DNA of 61,950 nucleotides, the filler included. It is 3 parts of 3 records of this genome, joined end to end, with 100 filler letters (N's around TTAATTAATTAA, not from the genome) between each part and the next. Parts side by side here need not be neighbours in the genome. Positions count along the whole stretch, not along the records: positions 18,115 to 49,938 come from DRR723986_1339; 2 more parts are not named here. One strand, 5' to 3'. Position 1 is the first letter of the stretch; each line of letters begins with the position of its first letter. Shown piece after piece: positions 28,446 through 38,473 of this stretch. Made by a program: the position numbers and the translations under genes. Under the pieces are notes generated by a model that saw only the letters and a list, made by a program, of their open reading frames with translations, was not told the DNA's origin and searched no databases.

Positions 28446-28841
28446 TTACTTGAGCAGGTTCTCGCCACTCATGTAGACGAAAACGCGATCGAACTTGCCA
28501 TCCTTCAGATAGAAGCGATTGCAGTTTTCATAGCGCAAATGATCCGCCTCGCCCTTGGGCGTGACCTCAACCGAGAACTGCGAGCAGATAGCCTCGGAGT
28601 CCGTGTCAGCGGTGTGCACGAAATTGCCGTGCCAGATCCGGTCGTGAGCTGCGAACAGACCCTCAAACATGGTACGAATGCCTTGCTCGCGGCCTTCGTG
28701 CACGGTCATCGAGGTCACCTCGGTCAACACCGCATCCTCGTGAAAGCAGTCCAGCACCTGCTCCATGTCATAGTTGTCGACGCCGTGGAAGTAGCGCTTG
28801 GTGACGATGTCGACGTAGTACTCGTAGGGGATATCAGCCAT
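28446..28841 (-). CDS. SnoaL/NTF2-like protein (paralogue of the neighbour)
   Basis: YFHGVD...VLDCFHEDA...HEGREQGIRTMF...NRFYLKDGKFDRVFVYMSGEN. Confidence 0.85.
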   Translation of the reverse strand: MADIPYEYYVDIVTKRYFHGVDNYDMEQVLDCFHEDAVLTEVTSMTVHEGREQGIRTMFEGLFAAHDRIWHGNFVHTADTDSEAICSQFSVEVTPKGEADHLRYENCNRFYLKDGKFDRVFVYMSGENLLK

Positions 28842-28878
28842 TTATTATCGCCTCGTAATTATCGATTATGGTTAGTTC

Positions 28879-29622
28879 TTACTGCCCGCGTGAGAGAACG
28901 CCCTCGTCATTGGGCATCTCAGGCGCGGGAAACGCCGTCTTGCTGTGAGTCAGCCCCAGCTCCAGGAATACCTCGCAGAGCTTGTAGGACACCTGGCCCG
29001 GATTGATCACCGGCACCGGCAATACATCCTTCAGGTAGCCGTGGGACTGGTGCATGGTCGTGGAGCCCAGCACAATCACATCGGCACCGTCCTCCTCGAT
29101 GGCCCTCAGGCTCTCTTCCTCGAGCTTCTTGAAGATCACCTCTTCCTTGCCTTCCAGGAGTTCAGCAAGGTCGGGCCGGGTCTTCACCGAACGCAGCGAA
29201 GCGCAGCGGCTTTCGAGTTTGTACTCCGTGAGGATCTTCCGATAGAGGTGGAACCACTCATCCCACATGGTGATGATGGAAAACTTGTGACCCAGCATGC
29301 AGGCCATATGGATGGCCGCCTGACCGGGCCCGATCACCGGAATGGACAACCGCGACCGGAGGGCGTACATCCCCGAGTCACTGACGGTATCGATACAGAT
29401 CGCGTCGTATCCTTCCTGCTCGGCCTTCAGGCCGGCCTCAAATACGCTCATATCCATCAGCATGGTGTCATAGTAGCTGTCACCGAGGGCTGCGCCCCAG
29501 TTCACCGCGACAAAGTCGACGTCGAAGCCGGGCGCTACCATGTCGCCCGCCAGCTGCGATGCCCGGTTGGCAACACCGGCCTCATCCATGGGGATGGGAA
29601 CAATAATCTTGACCCTTTTCAT
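28879..29622 (-). CDS. Asp/Glu/hydantoin racemase family protein lacking both catalytic Cys
   Basis: AEQEGYDAICIDTVSDSG, IPVIGPG, HKFSIIT, DGADVIVLGSTTM, PVPVINP. Confidence 0.85.
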   Translation of the reverse strand: MKRVKIIVPIPMDEAGVANRASQLAGDMVAPGFDVDFVAVNWGAALGDSYYDTMLMDMSVFEAGLKAEQEGYDAICIDTVSDSGMYALRSRLSIPVIGPGQAAIHMACMLGHKFSIITMWDEWFHLYRKILTEYKLESRCASLRSVKTRPDLAELLEGKEEVIFKKLEEESLRAIEEDGADVIVLGSTTMHQSHGYLKDVLPVPVINPGQVSYKLCEVFLELGLTHSKTAFPAPEMPNDEGVLSRGQ

Positions 29623-29657
29623 AGAAACGCTCCTTAAAAAATGGGCTTTCACCAGAG

Positions 29658-29681
29658 CCCCGGCGCCAGAAGGCGCCGGGG
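29658..29681. other. GC-rich intercistronic hairpin
   Basis: CCCCGGCGCC-AGAA-GGCGCCGGGG between the TonB receptor stop and the racemase start. Confidence 0.65.
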
Positions 29682-29701
29682 GAATTTCCGACAAAAGCGG
29701 A

Positions 29702-32239
29702 TCAGAAGCGGTAGGTCAGATCCAACCCGTAGGTGCGACCAATGGAGTCATGGGCAAACGAGCCGCCAAACTCCGGCGCCGGTATCACTTCCTCGAGATA
29801 TTCCTCGTCAGTGATATTGCGGCCCCAGGCCGTCACATCCCAGTTCTCACCTTCCAGCGACACCCGCAGGTTCATGGTGTCGAAGCCATCACGCTTGGAG
29901 CGGCTGAAGTTGGCCGGGCCGAAGCCGAAACCAGGCACACCGTAGATGGCCGACAGGTCGGTAAACGAGTTCACGATACCGGCGTTGTCCTGGACCGTGT
30001 GGAACCAGGTCTCGCCGGTATACACCCAATCCAGGCGACCGATCAGGCTCATGGAGCCGGTGATCGGGAAGTTCACCTGGGCGCCCATATTGGCAGTGGA
30101 TTCCGGCGCGTAGGGCAGCTCGTTGCCCTCGGTATAGGGCCGGTTGCTGTTCTTGTCGATTTCACCGTCGGTGTAGCCGTAACCACCGTAGATGCTCAAC
30201 CAGTCAGTAGCCAGCCAGACACCGTCAAGCTCGAAACCCTTGACCGTCACCTCGTCGATATTATTCACCACGCGCAGCAGGCCGAAGCTGCCGGCGTAGA
30301 AGCTGAAGAACTGATTGTCCTCAACCTCAGTGTAGAACATCGCCGCATTCAGCTGCAGGGTGTTATCCAGCCACTGTGACTTGAAACCCACTTCGAAGGT
30401 CGTGGAGATCTCCTCGTCATACTCGTCACTGATATTCTGTGGCGCGGTGGCGAAGGTGCCGTAGTTCTGCTCGATAATGTCTTCACTGCCGATGCTGTTG
30501 AAACCACCGCTGCGGAAGCCGACACCGTAAGAGGCGTAGGTCGACAGGTTATCGGTAGCGCTCCAGCGCCAGGTCAGCTTGGGCTGCAGTTCAGAGTAGA
30601 CCTCGTCACGATCAGGGATCGTATCGGTGCCGGAACCATCAAATGCCGGGTTGATCGGTGCCTGGAATCCGAAAGCGCCGAAGATCTGCGCCGAGGGAAC
30701 ATTCGGTACGTTATTGGTAACGTCACGCTCTTCCCGGTCGTAGCGCAGGGCCAGCGAGATCTCCTGGGTATCGGTGAGATCGTAGGCCACCATGCCGTAT
30801 GCCGAGTACACCGTCGTATCGAAGGTGTCATCGAACAGCAGGTCGGTCGGGTTCGGCCCTTCCGGTGGCACGTAGGGACGGGCCTGGAAACCCAGCCCCA
30901 GGTCAGCGCCATAGGCCACCACCACGTCACGCTCGATGTCCAGGTAGTAAATGCCACCCATCCAGCTCAGCGCATCATCCTGGTTGGAGGTAAACCGCAG
31001 TTCGAAAGAGGTCGAGCTCTGGCTGCGCTCCTGGTACTGGTAGCCGTCACAGGTGGTCGGCGAGTACGGTGGCAACAGGCCATTCAGGCCGCCGAATGCC
31101 TCGACATAGACGCCGGGGGGGTTGCCATCCTGAATCGCGTAGAACGGGCTGACCAGCAGTGACGTGTCGAAGCTGTTATAGCTTTCGATACAGGCGCCCT
31201 GCGACTCCGGAGCGCCGAAGGAGTAGCCGCCGAAAGCCGCGCTGGTGCCGTCTGACAACAGGAATTCTTCCAGGTCATCGTAGGCAAAAATACCGGTGAT
31301 CACCGCCCCGGAGTCCAGTTCGTAATCCGCCTTCACAGACAGGAACAGGCTTTCCTGCTCATTCTCGGGCGGTACGTTGAACACGTACTTGAAGTCGGCG
31401 TCGTTAACGTCCTTGTACAGGTCGGGATTGCCCACGAAGTCGGCGGCCACATCCAGACCGAATACCGCATTGAAGTTGATGGTGCCACTCTCTACTTCGG
31501 AGTACGCCACCTGGCTGTCAACGGTGAGTTTGTCACTGGCTTTCCACAACAGCCGGCCGCGCAGTGAGGTGTCCTCGAAGTTCTGGATTACGTCGTCCTC
31601 GCCGGTGAAATCGTTCTTGTCAGCACCATCGCTCTCGCGGTAACTGAAGGCGATACGACCCGCCAGGTCATCGGTGATCGGACCCGAAATCACGCCAGTC
31701 GCACGACGCAGCTCATTGTTGCCAGCGCCAATGGTTATCTTGCCTTCCAGCTCCTCGGCCGGTGGCTTGGTGTTGACAATGATCGCGCCCGCTACCGCGT
31801 TACGGCCGTACAACGCGCCCTGCGGACCCTTCAGAACTTCGATCTGCTGTACGTCGAACAGCTCTTCGTTGAAGCCATTGGGGTTGGTGATAAGCACGCC
31901 ATCAACCACGTAAGCAAAGGTGGATTCGGCATCGCGGGTCGAGACAATCCCGCGAATAGTGACCTGGGTGTCGCCGGCATTAACCGTATTGAGCATGCTC
32001 ACGTTCGAAGTAAGTGCGATGAAGTCCTCCGGACGCTCAATGCCCGCATCCTTAATCGCGCTTTCAGTGAACGCGGTCACCGCGATCGGCACATCCTGCA
32101 GGCTTTCGTCCCGTTTCCGGGCAACGACCACGACCTCCTCTAATGTTGCACGCTCCTGCGCCATAACGGACACAGCCGGAAACGTTGAAGCGATCGCTGC
32201 CGCCAGTCCCACTACCAATGGTTTCTTCTTAAGGTTCAT
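29702..32239 (-). CDS. TonB-dependent outer-membrane receptor
   Basis: Signal peptide, TonB box LEEVVVVARKR, plug IEVLKGPQGALYGRNAVAGAI, C-terminal YRF. Confidence 0.95.
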   Translation of the reverse strand: MNLKKKPLVVGLAAAIASTFPAVSVMAQERATLEEVVVVARKRDESLQDVPIAVTAFTESAIKDAGIERPEDFIALTSNVSMLNTVNAGDTQVTIRGIVSTRDAESTFAYVVDGVLITNPNGFNEELFDVQQIEVLKGPQGALYGRNAVAGAIIVNTKPPAEELEGKITIGAGNNELRRATGVISGPITDDLAGRIAFSYRESDGADKNDFTGEDDVIQNFEDTSLRGRLLWKASDKLTVDSQVAYSEVESGTINFNAVFGLDVAADFVGNPDLYKDVNDADFKYVFNVPPENEQESLFLSVKADYELDSGAVITGIFAYDDLEEFLLSDGTSAAFGGYSFGAPESQGACIESYNSFDTSLLVSPFYAIQDGNPPGVYVEAFGGLNGLLPPYSPTTCDGYQYQERSQSSTSFELRFTSNQDDALSWMGGIYYLDIERDVVVAYGADLGLGFQARPYVPPEGPNPTDLLFDDTFDTTVYSAYGMVAYDLTDTQEISLALRYDREERDVTNNVPNVPSAQIFGAFGFQAPINPAFDGSGTDTIPDRDEVYSELQPKLTWRWSATDNLSTYASYGVGFRSGGFNSIGSEDIIEQNYGTFATAPQNISDEYDEEISTTFEVGFKSQWLDNTLQLNAAMFYTEVEDNQFFSFYAGSFGLLRVVNNIDEVTVKGFELDGVWLATDWLSIYGGYGYTDGEIDKNSNRPYTEGNELPYAPESTANMGAQVNFPITGSMSLIGRLDWVYTGETWFHTVQDNAGIVNSFTDLSAIYGVPGFGFGPANFSRSKRDGFDTMNLRVSLEGENWDVTAWGRNITDEEYLEEVIPAPEFGGSFAHDSIGRTYGLDLTYRF

Positions 32240-32259
32240 GGCATTCCTCCTGCCTTTTA

Positions 32260-33879
32260 TCACCTGGATTGATTACTACCTGAAAACTTTGTACGTAACT
32301 TATTGTCCGACTGGCTCATTACCCGCAATCGGCGCCACAAGGTGGTGGTACTGATACCGAGATGGTCCGCCACCTGTGTCTTGTCACCTGAAAACCGATC
32401 CATGGCCCGCCGAATCGCTTCTTCTTCCTGATCACGTAGCGATCCACCACTGGCGTCCGCTAGCGTAACAGGTTCCAGAAGCTCTGGCAGGATGCGCTGC
32501 ACATGTTGGCGGTCAAGGGTGCCGTCGAGGTGTGACAGGCAGTTGACCACCAATCGCTCGACGAAATTTTGTAGCTCGCGCACGTTGCCCGGCCAGGGGT
32601 AGCGATGAAAATCCTCCGCCACTACTGCGTAAAGCTGACTGAGATCACTGCCGACCCGGTACTGCTGTCCATAGCGCTGCAGGTAGTGCATCGCGATCGC
32701 CTCGATATCCTCGGTACGCTCACGCAGTGGGGGCAGCTTCAGGGAAAACACGTTGAGCCGATAGTAGAGGTCGTCGCGAAAGGCGCCGCTAGTGACGGCG
32801 CTGCGCAGATCGCGATTCGTCGCGGCGATCAGTTTAAAGTCCAAAGGAATCTCGCGGTTGCCGCCTACCGGGCGGATGCGTTTTTCCTGCAGCACGCGAA
32901 GCAGCTTGACCTGCTGGGTCGGAGGTAATTCCCCGACTTCGTCAAGATACAGCACGCCCCCATTGGCCTGTTCGACAAGCCCCATGCGACCGCCCCGCCG
33001 GGAACTGGTGAACGCGCCTTCCACATAACCGAAGAACTCACTTTCGAACAGTTCATTGGGGATACTGCCGCAGTTGACCGCAACCAGCGGCCCGTCCCGG
33101 TACTCGCTGTGGCGGTGAATCTCCCGGGTGATGTGTTCTTTGCCGGTGCCGCTTTCGCCCTCGACCAGCACCGCGCCCGGACTCAGGGCGTAGGTCTGGG
33201 CCAGGGCCGCCACCTGCTCCATCTGTGGAGAGCGAATGACGAATTGCTCATGAACCTTGCCCTGGGATAGCAGCGGAGAGCGGCCAAGCTGGTTGCGGCC
33301 CACCGCTACTGCCTCTCGCAGCATCTGGCGTACAGACTCCTTGCTGTACAGCAGGATCGTCGGCACCCCCTGTTGCTCCGCCATGTGGCAGGTATAGGAC
33401 GGCCCCACAACCACCTCCGGATGTTCTTCAGCCATCGCCAGCTGCAGGCGTTCGTTGGCCTCGCCGGAGGTGCTGTAGTTATGGTGTACGAGATCGACGT
33501 CAAGCAGGCCCGGCAGGCTCTGGAACAGGCGTCCCGGCGGTGTGTTCTCTGGCTGGTAGGTAAACAGGTGTACTCTTGGCGCAATGCGACGGGCTTTGGC
33601 CAGCGCCTCGATCACGTCGGTATCGGTTACCGGCTGGCCAATAACCGGCACAGAGAGCGTGTTGGCAAGGTAGGCGGCATTCGATCCGGCGCTGGCAACC
33701 ACATCCGGCTGGTGACGAGCGACGAGGCTGTGGTACTCGGTGTTGCGGCTGGCAACTGATTCGACAATCGTTATCTCCGCCTCATCGGCAAACTCGGGCA
33801 TGATCGCATTGATCAGCTCGCTGAACTTGCGATAGCCGACAATCAGGATACGGATCTTCTGGTTGGCGACGTTATTCAA
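32260..33879 (-). CDS. PrpR-like sigma54-dependent enhancer-binding protein
   Basis: PrpR_N-like N-terminus, GESGTGKE, ESEFFGY, GAFTSS (variant), YLDEVGE, FRDDLYYRL, WPGNVRELQN, Fis-type HTH LGISTTTLWRRL. Confidence 0.92.
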   Translation of the reverse strand: MNNVANQKIRILIVGYRKFSELINAIMPEFADEAEITIVESVASRNTEYHSLVARHQPDVVASAGSNAAYLANTLSVPVIGQPVTDTDVIEALAKARRIAPRVHLFTYQPENTPPGRLFQSLPGLLDVDLVHHNYSTSGEANERLQLAMAEEHPEVVVGPSYTCHMAEQQGVPTILLYSKESVRQMLREAVAVGRNQLGRSPLLSQGKVHEQFVIRSPQMEQVAALAQTYALSPGAVLVEGESGTGKEHITREIHRHSEYRDGPLVAVNCGSIPNELFESEFFGYVEGAFTSSRRGGRMGLVEQANGGVLYLDEVGELPPTQQVKLLRVLQEKRIRPVGGNREIPLDFKLIAATNRDLRSAVTSGAFRDDLYYRLNVFSLKLPPLRERTEDIEAIAMHYLQRYGQQYRVGSDLSQLYAVVAEDFHRYPWPGNVRELQNFVERLVVNCLSHLDGTLDRQHVQRILPELLEPVTLADASGGSLRDQEEEAIRRAMDRFSGDKTQVADHLGISTTTLWRRLRVMSQSDNKLRTKFSGSNQSR

Positions 33880-34490
33880 GGGGCGCTTCCCCCGGCGCCT
33901 GCATCGATGTCCGCAATGACGGCATCACAATCCCTGACATCGGCGTACTTGGCGTCCAGGTCGTGCAGGTTGGCGCGATGCGCGTCCATATTGCGGTCGC
34001 CCACAGCATCGGCCACCACGACCACCGGGAAATCATTCTGCAGGCCATCGACCGCCGTCGCGCGCACACAGCCGCTGGTAGTGAGGCCGGTGACTACAAG
34101 GGAGTCTACCCCGGCGTCACGGAGGCGCTGCAGCAGGTCGGTGCCGAAGAAGGCACTCGCGTACTGCTTCTCTATCAGCGTCTCTCCCTCCTGTGGCTGC
34201 AGGCGCGAATCCACCTCGACCCATTCGGAATCAGGCTGCAGCACATCGAGAACCGGCAAGCGAGCGCGAAACACCGGCGCCTGGTCCGCTGAACGATAGA
34301 TCACGGTGGTGAAGAATACCGGCAAACCCCGACGCCGGAAGGCATCCAGCAGGCGTCGGTTGGCGGCAACCACCGCATCGCTTTCACTGCCCAGAGGACA
34401 GCGGGGATCGGTGAAGCCATTGATCATGTCCACCAATACCAGCGCCGGCCGCTGGCCGAGAGACTGTGCCTGGTGGGCGAGATCAGGCAT
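33876..34490 (-). CDS. Isochorismatase-family amidase (NicF/N-carbamoylsarcosine amidase-like)
   Basis: LVDM (Asp), EKQYASAFFGT (Lys), GLTTSGCVRATAVD (Cys). Confidence 0.9.
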   Translation of the reverse strand: MPDLAHQAQSLGQRPALVLVDMINGFTDPRCPLGSESDAVVAANRRLLDAFRRRGLPVFFTTVIYRSADQAPVFRARLPVLDVLQPDSEWVEVDSRLQPQEGETLIEKQYASAFFGTDLLQRLRDAGVDSLVVTGLTTSGCVRATAVDGLQNDFPVVVVADAVGDRNMDAHRANLHDLDAKYADVRDCDAVIADIDAGAGGSAP

Positions 34491-36364
34491 CAGGCCGCGC
34501 TGCTACCGAGGAAGCTGGGCGACTCCGGCGGTGGCAGATGCGTTTCCTCCAGGCACCGTGACTTGAGCTCGTCAATCGTGCCACCGCGGTTGAACAGCTC
34601 GATGTCACCGCGCGACGCGCGCAACTGGCTCCGCAGGGCATCCGTTTCACCGGTATCCACCGAGCCGTCATCGGCAAGCACCACACCGTAGCGGCGCGCA
34701 CCGTCACGACTAACCAGGCGACGTTGCACATCCTGGCGCACCAGTTCGGGATCGCGCTCGTAGGGATCACCCCAGCCGCCACCGCCCCAGGTATTGAAAT
34801 ACAGGAGATCGCCTTCCTTGACCTTCACGCCCTCTATCTTGGCCGGCAGCCACTGTTCACTGCCATCGGTGCGCACCAGGCGCTTGGTGGAGCGCAATCC
34901 GGTTTCACCACCCAGGACACCCCAGGGGCAGGTCAGCCAACGTTCATCGTGGATACCGATCTCGCCGTCAGCCAGGAAGCGGTAGGCGACACTCAGGCCG
35001 TTGCCGCCCCGGTGCAGGCCGGCACCGCCGGAATCAGTGATGGTTTCGTAACGCTCTATCCGCAGCGGGAAATAGGACTCGATGAATTCATTGGGCACAT
35101 TGGTGAAGCCCGGCCACAGCGAATGGCCGTCAGGACCATCGCCTACCGGACGTCCCGGTATCCCGCCAAAGCCAATCTGGAACAGCTGGAACCATTCGCC
35201 GTTCTTGTCGTAGCCTGAGTAGAACAGGTGCGGCGAATCGGAGAAGCCGGCGGCATTGAGCATCTGTTCCGGAGCGCCCATGCCCAGCAGCGCGCCGAGC
35301 AGGTCGAAGATACGACCCAGGGCGTGCGTTCGTCCCGACAGCGCCGCGGGAAAATTCGGCTTGAGCAAGGTGCCCTGAGGAATGCGCACATCTACCAGGT
35401 CGTAGAACCCGTCATTGAACACGATCTGCGGGTCCACCACGTTAATCGTGAAGGAGCCGAAGAACATCTTGAACATGTCCTCGTTCAGGTAGAAATTCAC
35501 CGAGCTCTGGGCCTGCGGATCGGTGCCATCAAAATCAAAGATCGCGGTGGATCCTTCGCGCCACATACGGCACTTGATCTTGTAGGGACCCATACCCATA
35601 CCGTCGTCACACAGGTAATCCTCGAACTCCCGGGGCTCCTCGGGAATAAACATCTCGATGATGTGCTTCATCGCCTTGTAGTTACGCTCGAGCATAATTT
35701 CCATGGTCGACATGAGCACGTCGTCGCCAAAACGCTCGGCAAGCTCGACACAGCGTTTTGCCGCCGTGTTACAGGCCGCCACCAGTGCGTTGAGGTCAAA
35801 GCGGTTCCACTGGGGTGTGCGCACATTGTGCAGGATCAGCTCCAGCAGATCGGTCTGCAGCACCCCCTTCTTGTACAGCTTGGTCGGCGGGATACGGATC
35901 CCTTCCTGGTAAATGGTTGTCGCCTCGATCGGGATCGAGCCGGGCACCATGCCCCCGTTGTCCGACATATGGCCGAACATGGCAGACCAGGCGATGTGCC
36001 GGCCGCCCTTGAACACCGGCACCAGCACTACCCAGTCAGGCAGGTGGGAGACCGCGGCATTGCACATATAAGGATCGTTAGTGAGGATGATGTCGCCTTC
36101 CTCGATTTCCGCGTCATAGGCTTCGAGGAACGGACCGATGAAGGAACCGAACTGACCTACCACCATCTTGCCTTCGCGGTTGGCGATCATCGGGAAACAG
36201 TCCCCCTGCTCGCGGATACCTGGCGACATCGCGGTGCGGAACAGCACCGCATCCATTTCCTCGCGCGCATTGCGCAGGGCATTTTCGATGATGTCGACGG
36301 TCACGCCGTCCACCTCCACCTTGTTAAGCGGCGCCTCGTTGGTCTGGATAATCGTTGCAGTCAT
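34490..36364 (-). CDS. Hydantoinase B/oxoprolinase subunit
   Basis: RTAMSPGIREQGD, NDPY, HLPD, GHMSDNGG, QEG, DSGGAGLHRGGNG, GGGGWGDP. Confidence 0.93.
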   Translation of the reverse strand: MTATIIQTNEAPLNKVEVDGVTVDIIENALRNAREEMDAVLFRTAMSPGIREQGDCFPMIANREGKMVVGQFGSFIGPFLEAYDAEIEEGDIILTNDPYMCNAAVSHLPDWVVLVPVFKGGRHIAWSAMFGHMSDNGGMVPGSIPIEATTIYQEGIRIPPTKLYKKGVLQTDLLELILHNVRTPQWNRFDLNALVAACNTAAKRCVELAERFGDDVLMSTMEIMLERNYKAMKHIIEMFIPEEPREFEDYLCDDGMGMGPYKIKCRMWREGSTAIFDFDGTDPQAQSSVNFYLNEDMFKMFFGSFTINVVDPQIVFNDGFYDLVDVRIPQGTLLKPNFPAALSGRTHALGRIFDLLGALLGMGAPEQMLNAAGFSDSPHLFYSGYDKNGEWFQLFQIGFGGIPGRPVGDGPDGHSLWPGFTNVPNEFIESYFPLRIERYETITDSGGAGLHRGGNGLSVAYRFLADGEIGIHDERWLTCPWGVLGGETGLRSTKRLVRTDGSEQWLPAKIEGVKVKEGDLLYFNTWGGGGWGDPYERDPELVRQDVQRRLVSRDGARRYGVVLADDGSVDTGETDALRSQLRASRGDIELFNRGGTIDELKSRCLEETHLPPPESPSFLGSSAA

Positions 36365-36377
36365 TGTCCTGTTCTCC

Positions 36378-38438
36378 TCACGCCACCGGGTTAATCAACA
36401 GGTTACCGACCGCATCGACGCGGGCATCGTAACCGGGCAGAACCACCGTGGTGGAATCCATCTCGCTGACGATCGCCGGACCCGGAACCACCAGTCCTTC
36501 GTGTAACAGACCGCGATCGTAGATTGCGATCTCATGCCACTGCCCGTCGTAGTAAAAGCGGCTGTCGTGGATCCGGCACTCGTCGAGGGTCGTCCCCGCC
36601 TTGCCGACCCGCAGTTCGGCGATGGCTTTTGCCCGCGCCTTGGCGACCGCGCGAATCATCAGGATCTCGTGGCCGTCACCCAGCTTGAAGGTAAACAACT
36701 GCTCGTGTTCGGCATCGAACTGCTCGGTGAGCAGGCCTATGCCGCGTTCGGCGAGGTCCGCCTCGGTGAAATCAACCGTGATCTGGAATGCCTGCCCTGC
36801 ATAGCGCAGGTCTGCCTGGTAGCTCACTTCGTGATCTTCAACCGGGATACCGTCTGCCAGCAGGGATTCGCCCGCGCGCAGCTGCAGTCCCTTGAGGTCG
36901 GCCCGCAGTTGCTCATCCGACAGGTCGGAGGCCATGGTCAGGTAAGTCCGCGCCGCCTCGTCCTGTACCTGGGTAGTGGCATCGCCGTAGGCGCAGAGCA
37001 CCCCGGGACCCGGCGGCACGATGACCGGCCAGGCGTTGGTCAGAATACCCAGCGCGTTGGCATGCAGTGGCCCGGCCCCGCCGAAGCCCACCAGGGCAAA
37101 GTCACGCGGATCGTAACCCTGCTCCACCGAGACCAGCCGCAGCGCACCGAACATCGATTCATTGACGATTTTGATAATGCCTTCCGCGGCTTCCATCAGC
37201 TCGATGCCCATGGCATCCGCGACCTGCTGCACCGCTTTCACCGAGGCATCGCGGTTAATCTCCATCTTGCCGCCCAGTTGGACATCAGACGGCAGATAGC
37301 CAAGGACTACATTGGCGTCACAAACGGTGGGTTGCTCGCCGCCTTTCATGTAGCAGGCCGGACCCGGCACCGCACCGGCAGATTCCGGACCCACCCGCAG
37401 CGCCCGGGTCAGTTCCGGTACAAACGCAATGGAACCGCCACCAGCACCGACCGTGCGCACATCGACTGACGGTGCGCGCACCCGGACGTCTCCGACGAAG
37501 GTCTCGCGGCGCACCCGGGCCCGGGAATCCTGGATCAGGGCGACATCGGTAGAGGTGCCGCCCATGTCGAAGGTAAGAATATCGCCAAAGCCTGCCCGGC
37601 TGCAGAAGTAGATCGCACCGGCAACGCCCCCTGCCGGACCGGACATCAGCAGGTTGACGGGGGATTCGCCGGAAGCGCGGGCCGAGGCCAGGCCGCCATC
37701 GGAGCGCAGGATCGAGAGCTGGGTATCCTTGCCAAGGCGATCTTCGAGAGCCGTCTGCAGGTTACTGACATAGCGCGCCACTTCCGGGCGCACGTAGGAG
37801 TTCACAACCGTGGTCTCGGTGCGCTCGTACTCCTGCATCTCGGGCACCACCTCGCTGGAGATAGAGATCGGCGTGTCACCAAAGATCTCGGCGGCGATCT
37901 CTCGCGCCCGGCGCTCGTGCTCGCCATTGAGATACGCGTTGATGAAACAGATGGTGAGTGCCTGGATCCCGCCCCTGGCGTACAGCGTTTTCAAGTCAGT
38001 GCGCAGCTGTGCCTCGTCGAGGCTGCTCACCACCGAGCCGTCGGCGGCAATCCGCTCCCGTGCACCGATGGTCAATTCCAGCGGCGCCAGCAATGGCTTT
38101 TTCACATAGCTGACCCAGCCACCAAGTCCACCGGGACAATAGGAGCGGGCGACCTGCAGGGTGTCCTCGTAACCGGCGGTGGTCACCAGGCCCACGGTGG
38201 CGCCTTTGCCGGTTAGTACAGCGTTGGTAGCCACAGTCGTCCCGTGCATCACCAGCTTGATCTGGGTGGGATCGATGCCCGACTCTTCACAGATACGGGC
38301 GACACCGTTCAATACGCCGATGGAGGAGTCCTCCGGCGTGGAGGGTACCTTGGCGGTGTGGGTCTCGCCGGTCTCCTCGTTCATCAGCAGAAAGTCGGTA
38401 AAGGTTCCGCCGACATCGACACCCAATCGGTATGCCAT
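36378..38438 (-). CDS. Hydantoinase A/oxoprolinase ATP-binding subunit
   Basis: GVDVGGTFTD, HGTTVATNA, SGPAGGV, DMGGTSTD, GAGGGSIA, FGGAGPLH. Confidence 0.95.
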   Translation of the reverse strand: MAYRLGVDVGGTFTDFLLMNEETGETHTAKVPSTPEDSSIGVLNGVARICEESGIDPTQIKLVMHGTTVATNAVLTGKGATVGLVTTAGYEDTLQVARSYCPGGLGGWVSYVKKPLLAPLELTIGARERIAADGSVVSSLDEAQLRTDLKTLYARGGIQALTICFINAYLNGEHERRAREIAAEIFGDTPISISSEVVPEMQEYERTETTVVNSYVRPEVARYVSNLQTALEDRLGKDTQLSILRSDGGLASARASGESPVNLLMSGPAGGVAGAIYFCSRAGFGDILTFDMGGTSTDVALIQDSRARVRRETFVGDVRVRAPSVDVRTVGAGGGSIAFVPELTRALRVGPESAGAVPGPACYMKGGEQPTVCDANVVLGYLPSDVQLGGKMEINRDASVKAVQQVADAMGIELMEAAEGIIKIVNESMFGALRLVSVEQGYDPRDFALVGFGGAGPLHANALGILTNAWPVIVPPGPGVLCAYGDATTQVQDEAARTYLTMASDLSDEQLRADLKGLQLRAGESLLADGIPVEDHEVSYQADLRYAGQAFQITVDFTEADLAERGIGLLTEQFDAEHEQLFTFKLGDGHEILMIRAVAKARAKAIAELRVGKAGTTLDECRIHDSRFYYDGQWHEIAIYDRGLLHEGLVVPGPAIVSEMDSTTVVLPGYDARVDAVGNLLINPVA

Positions 38439-38473
38439 CCCTGTTGTCTCCTTGTTGTTATCTCATCCGCCGT

